Assembly: GCA_905479415.1 (NCBI GenBank)
Contig: CAJQMK010000002.1
Location: forward strand, 18,727 to 82,726
Reading direction: 5' to 3'
Origin: an uncultured Flavobacteriaceae bacterium
Lineage (GTDB): Bacteria > Bacteroidota > Bacteroidia > Flavobacteriales > Flavobacteriaceae
DNA length: 64,000 nucleotides
The notes under the pieces: model-generated
Seen by the model: the letters and a program-made list of their open reading frames with translations, nothing else
The model's database searches: none
Told to the model about the DNA's origin: nothing
Program-made: the position numbers and the translations under genes
Shown here: one piece after another, positions 19,124 through 28,868 of the stretch
Numbering within the stretch: position 1 is the stretch's first letter
How the letters are laid out: the number at the start of each line of letters is the position of its first letter

Positions 19124-20031
19124 AGAGAAGAAATTTTTTAAAACATATAAAAACTTCTACAATTTGTGGATTAACACTCCCATTAACAGGATTAACCAGT
19201 TCTTCAAACAAATTTAAAAAAATCACAATCTTACACACTAATGATGTTCACAGTCATATTGATCCATTTCCAGAAAATGATCCAATAAATCCAAATAGCG
19301 GAGGGGTTGTCGCTAGATCAAATCTCATAAACTTTATCAAAAAGGGGAATCCCAATACTTTAGTTCTTGATGCAGGTGATGTATTTCAAGGCACACCATA
19401 TTTTAATTTTTTTGAAGGTGAAGTTGAATTAAAATTGATGAGTAAAATGGGTTATAATGCATCAACTCTTGGAAATCATGAATTTGATAATGGAATTGAA
19501 AAATTAGCCAAGTCTTTAAAACATGCTAACTTTTCTTTTTTAAATTCAAATTATACTTTTAAAAACACAGCGCTTGAAAATAAAATAAGTAAATACAAAA
19601 TTTTTAATGTCGATGGTATCAAAATTGGAGTTTTTGGCTTAGGAATTGAATTAAACGGATTGGTTGAAAAAAAATTGTACACTGGAATAAATTACTTAGA
19701 TCCGGTTGAAATATCAATTGACATTACTAATGAATTGAAATTTAATCATAATTGTGATTTAATTATCTGTCTTTCTCACTTGGGTTTTTCTTATTCAAAA
19801 GACAAAAATATAATGTGTGATTTGGTATTAGCAAAGAAAACAAGAAATATAGATCTAATAATTGGAGGACATACCCACACGTTTTTAGAAAAACCAGTAC
19901 AAATAAAAAATCTTGATGACAAAAATGTGTTAATTAACCAAGTAGGTTGTTTTGGAATAAATCTAGGTAAAATTGATTTCTATTTTTCAGATGAAAAAAT
20001 TAAAGAAAGCTCAGATAACATAAAGGTTTAA
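19120..20031 (+). CDS. metallophosphoesterase (5'-nucleotidase N-terminal catalytic domain) with twin-arginine signal
   Basis: 303 aa. MKRRNFLKH matches the Tat RRxFLK motif. Calcineurin-like metal ligands are ILHTNDVHS, DAGD, GNHEFD and GGHTH. There is a 4-nt ATGA overlap with the preceding gene. Confidence 0.85.
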   Translation: MKRRNFLKHIKTSTICGLTLPLTGLTSSSNKFKKITILHTNDVHSHIDPFPENDPINPNSGGVVARSNLINFIKKGNPNTLVLDAGDVFQGTPYFNFFEGEVELKLMSKMGYNASTLGNHEFDNGIEKLAKSLKHANFSFLNSNYTFKNTALENKISKYKIFNVDGIKIGVFGLGIELNGLVEKKLYTGINYLDPVEISIDITNELKFNHNCDLIICLSHLGFSYSKDKNIMCDLVLAKKTRNIDLIIGGHTHTFLEKPVQIKNLDDKNVLINQVGCFGINLGKIDFYFSDEKIKESSDNIKV

Positions 20032-22025
20032 AGTTTTATTAATTTATCAAAATCTTGCTCAGAAATTATACTAATTCCTAAATCATTAGCTTTTTTTAAT
20101 TTACTTGGTCCTATTTTATCACCTGCTAACAAATAATTAGTTTTAGAACTCACAGAGCTAAGATTTTTCCCTCCATTAAGGTCAATTATATTTTTTAATT
20201 GGTCTCTCGAATAATTTTGAAAAATACCTGAAATCACAAAGGATTTATTTTTAAAAATATCACTAACATTGTTTCTTATATTAATTTGAAATTGTAATCC
20301 ATTTTTTTTAAGCTTTTCAATATTTAAAATATTATTATCGTTCTTAAAAAAATCAACTACACTTTGTGAAATTCTTTCACCGATTTCATCAACCTCAAGT
20401 AATTCTTCATAAGATTGAGAAATTAAATTATCAATTGAACCAAATTTATTTGCAAGGTTCTTTGAAACTGTTTGACCTACATATCTAATTCCTAATGCAA
20501 ATAAAACTCTTTCAAAAGGTATGTTTTTGGAATCATTTAATCCATTAAATATATTATCAACGGATTTTTCAGCCATTCTATTTAAATTTAATAAATCATC
20601 TTTTTTCAAAGTGTAAAGATCAGCATAATTTGTAATAAGTTTGTTTTGAAACATTAGCTGAATAGTTTCATTTCCAATTCCATTTATATCCATTGCTTTT
20701 CTTGAAATAAAATGCTGAATTCTTCCTGTAATTTGAGGTGTACAAGAATTGAAATTTAAACAATAATGATGAGCTTCTGATTCGTTTTTTGATAAATTAG
20801 ATTGACAAGAAGGACACTTGTTAATAAATGAAATTCGATTTGAAAAAAGATTTCTTTTATCAATTTGAACATCAACAATTTTAGGAATAATCTCTCCTCC
20901 CTTTTCAATCAAAACGTGATCATTTAAATGTAAATCCAGTTTATTTATTTGATCCTCATTGTGAAGGGAAGCTCGTTTTACTATTGTACCACCTAATAAT
21001 ACAGGATTTAAATTTGCCACTGGAGTTATGGCACCAGTTCTTCCAACCTGATAACTTACAGAAATAAGCGAAGTAGAAGCTTGAAGAGTTTTAAATTTAT
21101 ATGCAATTGACCATCTTGGATATTTAGAAGTAAATCCTAAGGTTTTTTGATAATCTATTTGATTGACTTTAATAACTATGCCATCAATTTCAAAATCTAA
21201 ATTATTTCTTTTTTTATCCCAACTTTTAATAAAATCAAAAACTTCTTCAATAGAACTACAGAGTTTGAATGAATTTGAAACATTAAAACCCCAATTTGAA
21301 GCTGATATCAAATTTTCATATTGTGTTTTTGAATCGTCATTTTCAGAAACAACTTGGTATAAAAAACATTTTAATGGTCGTTTAGCAACCTCTGAACTGT
21401 CTTGTAACTTTAAACTTCCTGAAGCAGTATTTCGAGGATTCATGTAGGTGTCTAAACCCTTTTCTATTCTATCATTATTCATCCTATTAAAATCATTGAG
21501 TTCAATAAATATTTCACCTCTTATTTGAAATTTTTTCGGGTAATTTCCTTTTAATTTTAAAGGAATAGTTTTGATAGTTTTAATGTTTTCAGTTACATCA
21601 TCTCCTTGAACTCCGTCACCCCTTGTTACAGCCCTAACTAAAAGTCCATTTTCATAAGTTAAATTAATTGAGACCCCATCAAATTTTAGTTCACATAAAT
21701 ATGTAAGATCACTATTTGGTATTTTTTTTATAATTCTCGTATTAAAATTGTCTAAGTCTTCTTTAGAATATGAATTATCCAAAGAATACATTGGATATTC
21801 ATGTTTTACATTATTAAATTTTTTAGACACCTTACCTCCCACTCTTTGAGATGGAGAATTAGAATCAAAAAATTGTGGAAACTTTGATTCTAAGTCAATT
21901 AATTTTTTTAACATCAAATCAAACTCATAATCACTTATTATTGGAGCATCTTTTACATAATAAAGATGTGTGTGCATATGTAATTCATTTCTAAGATTCT
22001 CTAATATATTTTGATCTGAACTCAT
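20028..22025 (-). CDS. ligA: NAD-dependent DNA ligase
   Basis: 665 aa. Adenylation motif CELKFDGVSI, OB fold, Cys4 zinc finger (CPSCQS...C), HhH repeats, C-terminal BRCT. Confidence 0.97.
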   Translation of the reverse strand: MSSDQNILENLRNELHMHTHLYYVKDAPIISDYEFDLMLKKLIDLESKFPQFFDSNSPSQRVGGKVSKKFNNVKHEYPMYSLDNSYSKEDLDNFNTRIIKKIPNSDLTYLCELKFDGVSINLTYENGLLVRAVTRGDGVQGDDVTENIKTIKTIPLKLKGNYPKKFQIRGEIFIELNDFNRMNNDRIEKGLDTYMNPRNTASGSLKLQDSSEVAKRPLKCFLYQVVSENDDSKTQYENLISASNWGFNVSNSFKLCSSIEEVFDFIKSWDKKRNNLDFEIDGIVIKVNQIDYQKTLGFTSKYPRWSIAYKFKTLQASTSLISVSYQVGRTGAITPVANLNPVLLGGTIVKRASLHNEDQINKLDLHLNDHVLIEKGGEIIPKIVDVQIDKRNLFSNRISFINKCPSCQSNLSKNESEAHHYCLNFNSCTPQITGRIQHFISRKAMDINGIGNETIQLMFQNKLITNYADLYTLKKDDLLNLNRMAEKSVDNIFNGLNDSKNIPFERVLFALGIRYVGQTVSKNLANKFGSIDNLISQSYEELLEVDEIGERISQSVVDFFKNDNNILNIEKLKKNGLQFQINIRNNVSDIFKNKSFVISGIFQNYSRDQLKNIIDLNGGKNLSSVSSKTNYLLAGDKIGPSKLKKANDLGISIISEQDFDKLIKL

Positions 22026-22864
22026 TTTTTTACAGCCTTAATCATTCTATTTTTTGACCTAAAATCATTTTTAAGTTTAATATCGTAAAATCCTTTATCT
22101 TTTAAAAGTTTTATGACTTCTTTAGAAAAATTTTCGTTTATTTCAAGGTATAAAAAACCGTTAGGTTTTAAATTAGTATTTGAAAAATCAAATATTTTCT
22201 TATAAAAATATAACGGATCGTCGTCTTCAACAAAAAGAGCAGTGTACGGTTCAAAAAACTTTACATTATTTGATATAAATTTTTTTTCTTTAATTGTAAC
22301 GTAAGGCGGATTAGAGACTATTACATCGTATTTATTATCAACCAGCTTAGGTTTTGTTATATCTGACAACTCAAACTCTACAGTTACATTATTTAAAGTC
22401 GCATTATGATTAGCAATTTTAATAATATCTTCACTTATATCCCAACCTGTTACTTTACAATTATTTAAATTTTTAGATAAACTTACGGCTATACATCCAC
22501 TACCAGTGCCAATATCCAATATGTTTTTATTTGTATGTTCATCATTGATAATCCAACGAACCAACTCCTCAGTTTCAGGTCTGGGAATCAATACACTATT
22601 ATTTAATTTAAAAATTAAATTCATAAAATTAGTTTCTCCAATAACGTATTGAATTGGCATCTCATTTAATAAAGAATCAATTGAGTTTTTAAGATTTTGT
22701 TCTTGAGTTTTAGGGATTTTAGTACTTGAGTTCAAAATATAATCCATTCTACTACAATTACAAAAATGATCAATTAGCCAGAAAAAAAATTCGTCAAGTT
22801 CATTTTTATCAATTCTTGCAATTAATTTGCTTTTAAATAAATTATTAAACTCCAGTAATGTCAT
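22022..22864 (-). CDS. prmC: peptide chain release factor N5-glutamine methyltransferase
   Basis: SAM motif ILDIGTGSGCIA and catalytic VSNPPYV. I prefer the ATG at 22864 (MTLLEF...) because it gives a TAATG junction with the upstream GNAT stop. The track start at 22894 is also possible. Confidence 0.88.
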   Translation of the reverse strand: MTLLEFNNLFKSKLIARIDKNELDEFFFWLIDHFCNCSRMDYILNSSTKIPKTQEQNLKNSIDSLLNEMPIQYVIGETNFMNLIFKLNNSVLIPRPETEELVRWIINDEHTNKNILDIGTGSGCIAVSLSKNLNNCKVTGWDISEDIIKIANHNATLNNVTVEFELSDITKPKLVDNKYDVIVSNPPYVTIKEKKFISNNVKFFEPYTALFVEDDDPLYFYKKIFDFSNTNLKPNGFLYLEINENFSKEVIKLLKDKGFYDIKLKNDFRSKNRMIKAVKK

Positions 22865-23358
22865 TATAAATTTTTTATCATCCATACAGGGCATGAACAG
22901 TGACCTGTGTTTCCAATTGGTTTTTGTAAGTAACTAAACCCTTTTTTCAAATATAACGATTGAGCTTTCTTCATATTATGCATTGTCTCTATGTAACATT
23001 TTTCAAATCCGTAATCAAGTGCACTTTTCAAACATAAATCTATCATTATATTTCCTAATCCTTTCCCTCTTGCCTCTTCTAAAAAATACATTTTCTGTAG
23101 CTCGCATATATTATCATTTGAGTTTTTAAGTTTTGAAATACCTGCCCCACCCAATAAGAAATTATTATGTAGTATTACATAATATGAACTTTTTAAGACA
23201 TTGTAAGATTGATACATGTTTTCTAATTCTGGATCTGCTAATGCCGTCCCAGTTTCTGGAACATCAAATTCTCGCATAACACTAGATAAAATACGTTGTA
23301 TTTCTAGATTATCTTCTTCTTTAATTTCTCTAATTAAAAAATCACCTCTAACTTTCAT
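22864..23358 (-). CDS. GNAT family N-acetyltransferase
   Basis: 164 aa. Acetyl-CoA binding motif EEARGKGLGNIM. Confidence 0.85.
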   Translation of the reverse strand: MKVRGDFLIREIKEEDNLEIQRILSSVMREFDVPETGTALADPELENMYQSYNVLKSSYYVILHNNFLLGGAGISKLKNSNDNICELQKMYFLEEARGKGLGNIMIDLCLKSALDYGFEKCYIETMHNMKKAQSLYLKKGFSYLQKPIGNTGHCSCPVWMIKNL

Positions 23359-23454
23359 ATTTTAAAAGTATTTTTGTGTTGTGAAGATACATCATATATA
23401 TTAGTAAAAATCTGTGATTTGTTAATAAAAAGAGTTGAAATAGATGAAAAGTAT

Positions 23455-24447
23455 ATGTCAAAATGTATACTTCTTGCTAGAAATAATAAATCAAAATATT
23501 ATCCTAACCCCTCAGTTGGATGTCTTATTGTAAAAAATAATCACGTTATTTCAGAAGGGGTAACATCAAACTATGGTGGAAACCACGCAGAAGTCAACAC
23601 AATTAATAATGTTAAAAATAAACAAGACCTAAAGGGCTCTACTCTTTATGTAACATTAGAGCCTTGTTCTCATTATGGAAAAACACCTCCATGTGTTGAA
23701 CTAATAAGCAAGTATGAAATAAGTCATGTTGTAATTGGTACTATTGATATTAGCTCAAAAGTGAACGGAAATGGAATTAAATTCCTTAAAAATAAAGACA
23801 TAAAAGTAACAGTTGGTGTTTTAGAAAAAGAGTGTAAAAATCTTCATAGAAATTTTCTCCATTTTAACAGTCATAAAAGACCATACATAATATTAAAATG
23901 GGCACAAACATTGGATAATTTTATTGCTCCAACAAATAAATCTGATAGTAAACCATTTTGGATTAGTTCTATTAAAAGTAGAAAATTAGTGCACAAATGG
24001 AGATCTGAAGAACATGCCATATTAATTGGATATAATACCGCTTTAAGTGACAATCCTTCATTGACAGTAAGACATGTAAAAGGTAACAATCCAATACGAA
24101 TAATACTTGATGACAAAAATTCACTTGATAAAGATTTAAATGTTTTTAATGGTGAATCTGAAACATTGGTAATTGAAAATTTTTTAAATGAAAACAATTT
24201 AGGAAACTACATCTGTGAATTTTTACATAAAAATAAAATTCAATCAATTATTATTGAAGGTGGTAAAAAAACATTAGATCTATTTATTAAAAATAACATT
24301 TGGGATGAGGCAAGAATATTTACAAATGATATAAAACTTATTAATGGTGTGCCCAGTCCTAAAATTGAGGGAGCAATAAAATCAAAATATAAAATAGGAG
24401 AAGATGAACTAAAAATTATTTATCCAAAACGATTTTATCTAAAATAA
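23455..24447 (+). CDS. ribD: bifunctional riboflavin biosynthesis deaminase/reductase RibD
   Basis: Deaminase zinc motifs HAEVN and PCSHYGKTPPC, with a C-terminal RibD_C reductase domain. The track start at 23374 is a TTG. ATG at 23455 (MSKCILLARNN) fits typical RibD N-termini, but the start is uncertain. Confidence 0.9.
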   Translation: MSKCILLARNNKSKYYPNPSVGCLIVKNNHVISEGVTSNYGGNHAEVNTINNVKNKQDLKGSTLYVTLEPCSHYGKTPPCVELISKYEISHVVIGTIDISSKVNGNGIKFLKNKDIKVTVGVLEKECKNLHRNFLHFNSHKRPYIILKWAQTLDNFIAPTNKSDSKPFWISSIKSRKLVHKWRSEEHAILIGYNTALSDNPSLTVRHVKGNNPIRIILDDKNSLDKDLNVFNGESETLVIENFLNENNLGNYICEFLHKNKIQSIIIEGGKKTLDLFIKNNIWDEARIFTNDIKLINGVPSPKIEGAIKSKYKIGEDELKIIYPKRFYLK

Positions 24448-24814
24448 ATTTTGGACATCTTATCGGTTTATTTGTCTTGGAATTTAAGAAAACTAATTTT
24501 GTATATCCTTTTGTTATTAACTCGTTGTCTCTTAAGATGCTGTATTCAAATTCAATCATATAAGATGGTATTTGCTTGAGTTTTGTTAATAAAACAAGTT
24601 TGTCGTCAAATAGAGCAGGTTTTCTAAAATTAACTTTAACGTCAATAACGGGTAATAACATACCATCATTTTCCATCTGTTTATAAGAAATACCCAATTT
24701 TTTTAACCAAGCAATTCTTCCGATTTCAAAATATTTAACGTAATTTCCATGATATACAAATGACATTTGATCAGTTTCACTATACCTTACTATAATTTCA
24801 ATTTTATCCTCCAA
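24416..24814 (-). CDS. acyl-CoA thioesterase, 4HBT/YbgC hotdog family
   Basis: 132 aa. The N-terminal VRYSETDQMSFVYHGNY is characteristic of YbgC-like thioesterases. Its 3' end overlaps the ribD 3' end by 32 nt. Confidence 0.85.
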   Translation of the reverse strand: MEDKIEIIVRYSETDQMSFVYHGNYVKYFEIGRIAWLKKLGISYKQMENDGMLLPVIDVKVNFRKPALFDDKLVLLTKLKQIPSYMIEFEYSILRDNELITKGYTKLVFLNSKTNKPIRCPKFILDKIVLDK

Positions 24815-24989
24815 AAATGTAATTTGTAACTTTTAATTAATTACTTTTTAATATGAGCAAAAAATATTTAATATTCAATAGCAAAATGATTTTTTTTTAA
24901 TAAAAATTTGCACATATTTGTCATATAATAATAATCAATAAAGTTTAACCAAATTATATTGATTTCAACAACCAAAAATTACAATTTAA
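24815..24989. other. extremely AT-rich intergenic region upstream of dnaA; candidate origin-unwinding or promoter region
   Basis: At 175 nt this is the largest non-coding gap in the window. It sits where gene orientation switches from mostly minus to mostly plus. I found no canonical TTATCCACA boxes by eye. Confidence 0.3.
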
Positions 24990-26414
24990 ATGATTACAGC
25001 TGAATCTGTTTGGGAAAACTGTCTTAAATTCATAAAAGACAACATACAGATTCAAGCCTATAAAACTTGGTTCGAACCAATCAAACCAATTAAATTCGAA
25101 AACAACGTGCTGAGTGTTCAAGTTCCAAGCAAATTTTTTTATGAATGGCTTGAAGAACATTATGTGAAATTATTAAAACTTGCGTTAAATAAAGAACTTG
25201 GAGAAAATGCCAGATTAATATATGTAATTAAAATGGAAAATACATTTGGCAACCTTAGTCCTTTTACTGAAAAAATACCTAGTCAATATAAAACAAATAT
25301 CCCTTCTCAAAAAGTTGACCTTTCCATTGGAAATCTTCAAACCGAGTTAAGAAATCCCTTTGTAATTCCTGGAATAAAGAATTTAAAAATAGAATCTCAA
25401 CTAAATCCAAATTATACTTTTGACAATTTCTTGGAGGGAGACGCAAACAGACTTGCAAGATCAGCAGGTTTAGCTGTTTCTAACAAGCCTGGAGGAACAT
25501 CATTTAATCCCTTATTAATTTTTGGAGGAGTAGGATTAGGTAAAACACATTTAGCACATGCTATTGGAGTTAATGTAAAAGAAAAATTTCCAGAAAAAAC
25601 AGTTCTTTACATTTCAGCTGAAAAATTCACACAACAGTATATTGATTCAGTCAAAAAAAATAATAGAAATGACTTTATACATTTTTATCAAATAATAGAT
25701 GTTTTAATTATTGACGATGTTCAATTTTTCTCTGGAAAAACAGGAACACAAGATGTATTTTTTCATATTTTCAATCATTTACATCAAAATGGCAAGCAAG
25801 TTATTCTAACCTCAGATAAAGCACCGGTTGATATGCAAGATATTGAACAAAGATTATTATCTAGGTTCAAATGGGGGTTATCTGCTGAACTTCAAAGGCC
25901 TGATTATGAAACAAGAGTTTCTATTTTAAAAAACAAACTTTATAGAGATGGGGTGGAAATTTCTGATGAAGTAATTGATTATGTAGCTAAAAATATAAAA
26001 GTTAACGTTAGAGAATTGGAGGGTGCTGTAATTTCATTAATAGCACAATCATCTTTTAATAAAAAAGAAATTACAATTGAATTAGCAAAAGGAGTTGTTG
26101 AGAAATTTGTTAAAAACACAAAAAGAGAAGTTTCTATAGATTACATTCAAAAAATAGTTTCTGAATATTTTCAGATGGATGTTTCTACTCTTCAGTCAAA
26201 AACAAGAAAAAGACATATTGTTCAAGCAAGACAATTAGCAATGTTTTTTGCCAAAAAATTTACAAAAGCATCACTTGCTAGTATTGGATCTCAAATAGGC
26301 CGAAGAGATCACGCAACTGTCCTTCATGCTTGTAAAACTGTTGATAATTTATCTTTTACAGATAAACAGTTCAGAAAATACGTTGAAGATTTATCCAAAA
26401 AATTTACAGTATAA
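24990..26414 (+). CDS. dnaA: chromosomal replication initiator protein DnaA
   Basis: 474 aa. Walker A GGVGLGKTHL, Walker B LIIDDVQF, sensor and box VII region, C-terminal DNA-binding helix RQLAMFFAKKFT...DHATVLHA. Confidence 0.98.
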   Translation: MITAESVWENCLKFIKDNIQIQAYKTWFEPIKPIKFENNVLSVQVPSKFFYEWLEEHYVKLLKLALNKELGENARLIYVIKMENTFGNLSPFTEKIPSQYKTNIPSQKVDLSIGNLQTELRNPFVIPGIKNLKIESQLNPNYTFDNFLEGDANRLARSAGLAVSNKPGGTSFNPLLIFGGVGLGKTHLAHAIGVNVKEKFPEKTVLYISAEKFTQQYIDSVKKNNRNDFIHFYQIIDVLIIDDVQFFSGKTGTQDVFFHIFNHLHQNGKQVILTSDKAPVDMQDIEQRLLSRFKWGLSAELQRPDYETRVSILKNKLYRDGVEISDEVIDYVAKNIKVNVRELEGAVISLIAQSSFNKKEITIELAKGVVEKFVKNTKREVSIDYIQKIVSEYFQMDVSTLQSKTRKRHIVQARQLAMFFAKKFTKASLASIGSQIGRRDHATVLHACKTVDNLSFTDKQFRKYVEDLSKKFTV

Positions 26415-26423
26415 AATTTATAG

Positions 26424-27125
26424 ATGAGCTTAGGAAAACTTTACCTAGTTCCTAATAAACTCGGTGAGTCAAAAACTTATAATTTCCCTGAACATCAATA
26501 CACTTTAATAAAAAACACAAAATATTTTATTTTTGAAAATGAAAAACCAGGAAGAGCTTTTATAAAAGAAATAAGTCCTGAAAAAAATCAATCTGAATTA
26601 AATATATCAGTTTTAAATAAACACACTATTGAAAAAGAAATTAAGAATTTTTTAAACCCTTGTTTAAGTGGAAATGATATTGCTTTAATTTCAGATGCAG
26701 GATGTCCTGGAATTGCAGATCCTGGTTCTGAAATTGTAAGATTAGCACACGAGAATAAAATTAAAGTTATTCCTTTAGTTGGACCTTCTTCAATATTATT
26801 AGCGCTTATGGGTTCTGGAATGAACGGTCAAAGTTTTAAGTTTAATGGTTACCTTCCTATTGAAAAAAATGAAAGAAAGAAAAAAATAAAAATTTTAGAA
26901 AATAAATCACTAATTACAACTCAAATTTTTATGGAAACACCATATAGAAATAATAAATTTTTATCTACATTACTTGTTACTTTAAGGCCGGAAACAAAAT
27001 TGTGCATAGCTTGTGATTTGACTTTAAGTAGTGAATATATAAAAACAAAGGAAGTTAAAATTTGGAAATCAACTAAAGTTGATATTCATAAAAGACCCAC
27101 TATTTTTTTAATACAAAGCAATTAA
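26424..27125 (+). CDS. SAM-dependent methyltransferase, tetrapyrrole-methylase superfamily (RsmI-like paralogue)
   Basis: 233 aa. GKLYLVPNKLGE and ALISDAGCPGIADPGSEIV resemble the RsmI/YraL fold motifs. Confidence 0.72.
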   Translation: MSLGKLYLVPNKLGESKTYNFPEHQYTLIKNTKYFIFENEKPGRAFIKEISPEKNQSELNISVLNKHTIEKEIKNFLNPCLSGNDIALISDAGCPGIADPGSEIVRLAHENKIKVIPLVGPSSILLALMGSGMNGQSFKFNGYLPIEKNERKKKIKILENKSLITTQIFMETPYRNNKFLSTLLVTLRPETKLCIACDLTLSSEYIKTKEVKIWKSTKVDIHKRPTIFLIQSN

Positions 27126-27736
27126 ACCTTAGGCTTTCTTACGGCTTCAACCATTGATAAGTCAAAATTTTGAAAATATTTTATATACTTTGAAATTGAA
27201 GTTCCAAAGGCATCTTTTTTATCATCTTTTCCACCTGAACGCAAATATTTTTTTACATTTCCAGGTCCAGCTAAGTGAGCAGCAGCAATTATTCCAGACT
27301 CACTTATTTTAGTTTCATTAATTATTGTTCCAACAAACCATTTTATGTCTCTTCTTAAAATCCATTTATTTCTCTGAACATTAATTAAGAAAACTCTTTC
27401 TTGAAGCTTTGCATCATTAATGAAATTTTTAGAATTTTTAATTCCATACATTTTAAGAGTATTCAAATTAAATTGATACTTACCCATAAAGCCAAATTTA
27501 TTGATACGATTGTAACGACCACTTGATTCCTTGAATCCAAGTAATTCTTTAAAACCAGTATAATCATCAATTAAAAAAATATAATTGGGTATTTCAATAT
27601 TTTTATCAGCTGATACTATGTATTCTAAGTCAATATATGAGTTGTCAAATGTTTTATTATAATCAGTGGAGATAAAAGAAGTGCTAAATACAAATAAGAT
27701 TGTAAGCACTAAATTGTTTTTGAACATACTATACAT
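27122..27736 (-). CDS. lytic transglycosylase-like (SLT/GH23-like) exported protein
   Basis: 204 aa with an N-terminal signal or anchor. KESSGRYNRINKFGFMGKYQF and AAAHLAGPGNVKKY parallel the SLT motifs E-S, G-x-M-Q and AYNAGxGxV. Confidence 0.55.
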   Translation of the reverse strand: MYSMFKNNLVLTILFVFSTSFISTDYNKTFDNSYIDLEYIVSADKNIEIPNYIFLIDDYTGFKELLGFKESSGRYNRINKFGFMGKYQFNLNTLKMYGIKNSKNFINDAKLQERVFLINVQRNKWILRRDIKWFVGTIINETKISESGIIAAAHLAGPGNVKKYLRSGGKDDKKDAFGTSISKYIKYFQNFDLSMVEAVRKPKV

Positions 27737-27815
27737 TATAACTATAATAAGATAAAATCAATTTAAAATATGGCGCAAACATACATAAAATATTAATTAT
27801 CTGATAATCAATATA

Positions 27816-28868
27816 TTACCTTCTTATGTTGTTTTTTTTAAGCCAATTTGTATACTGGCGTTTGTTTTTGTTGTGTTGCCTGTATGTTTTAGCAAAAATA
27901 TGATATCCAGGTCTTTTAACATCTGCAACAAAAAACAAGTATTCATGAGTTTCCATTTCTAAAACAGATTCAATTGATGAAAAATCAGACATATAAATCG
28001 GGCCAGGCGGCAGCCCCCTATTTATATAAGTATTGTAAGGTGATTTTATTTTAAGATCTCGATATAAAACCCTTCTAATTTTTTTATCAAACCCTTTTTT
28101 TTCCTTTATTGTATAAACAACAGTTGGATCAGCTTGCAGTTTCATTCTTTTCTTTAATCTATTGAAATAAACACCTGAAATAGTTGGTCTTTCATCAACT
28201 TTAGGGGTTTCTCTTTGAACTATTGAAGCCAAAACAGAAACTTCAACAGGGCTTAAATTTAATGACCTAGCTTTTTGTTTTCTTAAATTATTCCAATATA
28301 AATTGTATTGATAAAGCATTTTATCACGAAACTGATCTGCGCTTGTGTTCCAATAAAATTCATAGGTGTTTGGAAGAAAAATAGCAAAAACAGACTCAGA
28401 GTTTAAATTATTCGTGTTTAAAAATAATTTTTCATTAAATGAATTCATTAAACTTAAACTATCAGCTTCTATGTATTTCGATATTCTAGAAGCTAAATTT
28501 TCTAACCTTTCCACATTGTTAAAAGTTACTTTTACAGGGACATTGTTAAATTTTAATGAATTTAGAATTTCTTTATTTGAAAAACCTTTTTTTATTTCAT
28601 ATTTACCCGCTTTAATATTTAAAATATATTTTTTTTTATATGCTGCGTCAAAGAAAGTTGAGGAATCTTTTAGCAAAGGAAAGATTTGTTTTTTTAAATT
28701 ATCTAAGCCTGATCCTGTTGGAATATATAGATAAATTTTCTCTTCATTAAAACTTGTGTTTTCAGCATAATAAGTATTGTAGTAGTTAATAGTAAACATT
28801 AAAGCCAAAAACAAAAAACATGTAACTCCTAACCCAATTATAAATTTATATAATGATTTATTTTCCAT
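27816..28868 (-). CDS. mltG: endolytic murein transglycosylase MltG (YceG family)
   Basis: 350 aa. N-terminal TM, YceG domain with LASIVQRETP (catalytic Glu region), YNTYINRGLPPGPI. Confidence 0.9.
   Translation of the reverse strand: MENKSLYKFIIGLGVTCFLFLALMFTINYYNTYYAENTSFNEEKIYLYIPTGSGLDNLKKQIFPLLKDSSTFFDAAYKKKYILNIKAGKYEIKKGFSNKEILNSLKFNNVPVKVTFNNVERLENLASRISKYIEADSLSLMNSFNEKLFLNTNNLNSESVFAIFLPNTYEFYWNTSADQFRDKMLYQYNLYWNNLRKQKARSLNLSPVEVSVLASIVQRETPKVDERPTISGVYFNRLKKRMKLQADPTVVYTIKEKKGFDKKIRRVLYRDLKIKSPYNTYINRGLPPGPIYMSDFSSIESVLEMETHEYLFFVADVKRPGYHIFAKTYRQHNKNKRQYTNWLKKNNIRR

Noticed and set aside
23359-23454. FMN riboswitch upstream of ribD (and of ribH at 55245-55250).
   Set aside because: The available non-coding space (under 100 nt, and 6 nt for ribH) is too short. 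It lacks the GC-rich conserved RFN core.
24815-24989. A canonical DnaA-box cluster (TTATCCACA) expected next to dnaA.
   Set aside because: Reading both strands, I found no perfect or one-mismatch box in this gap. The origin suggestion therefore rests only on AT-richness and the gene-orientation switch, and I score it accordingly.
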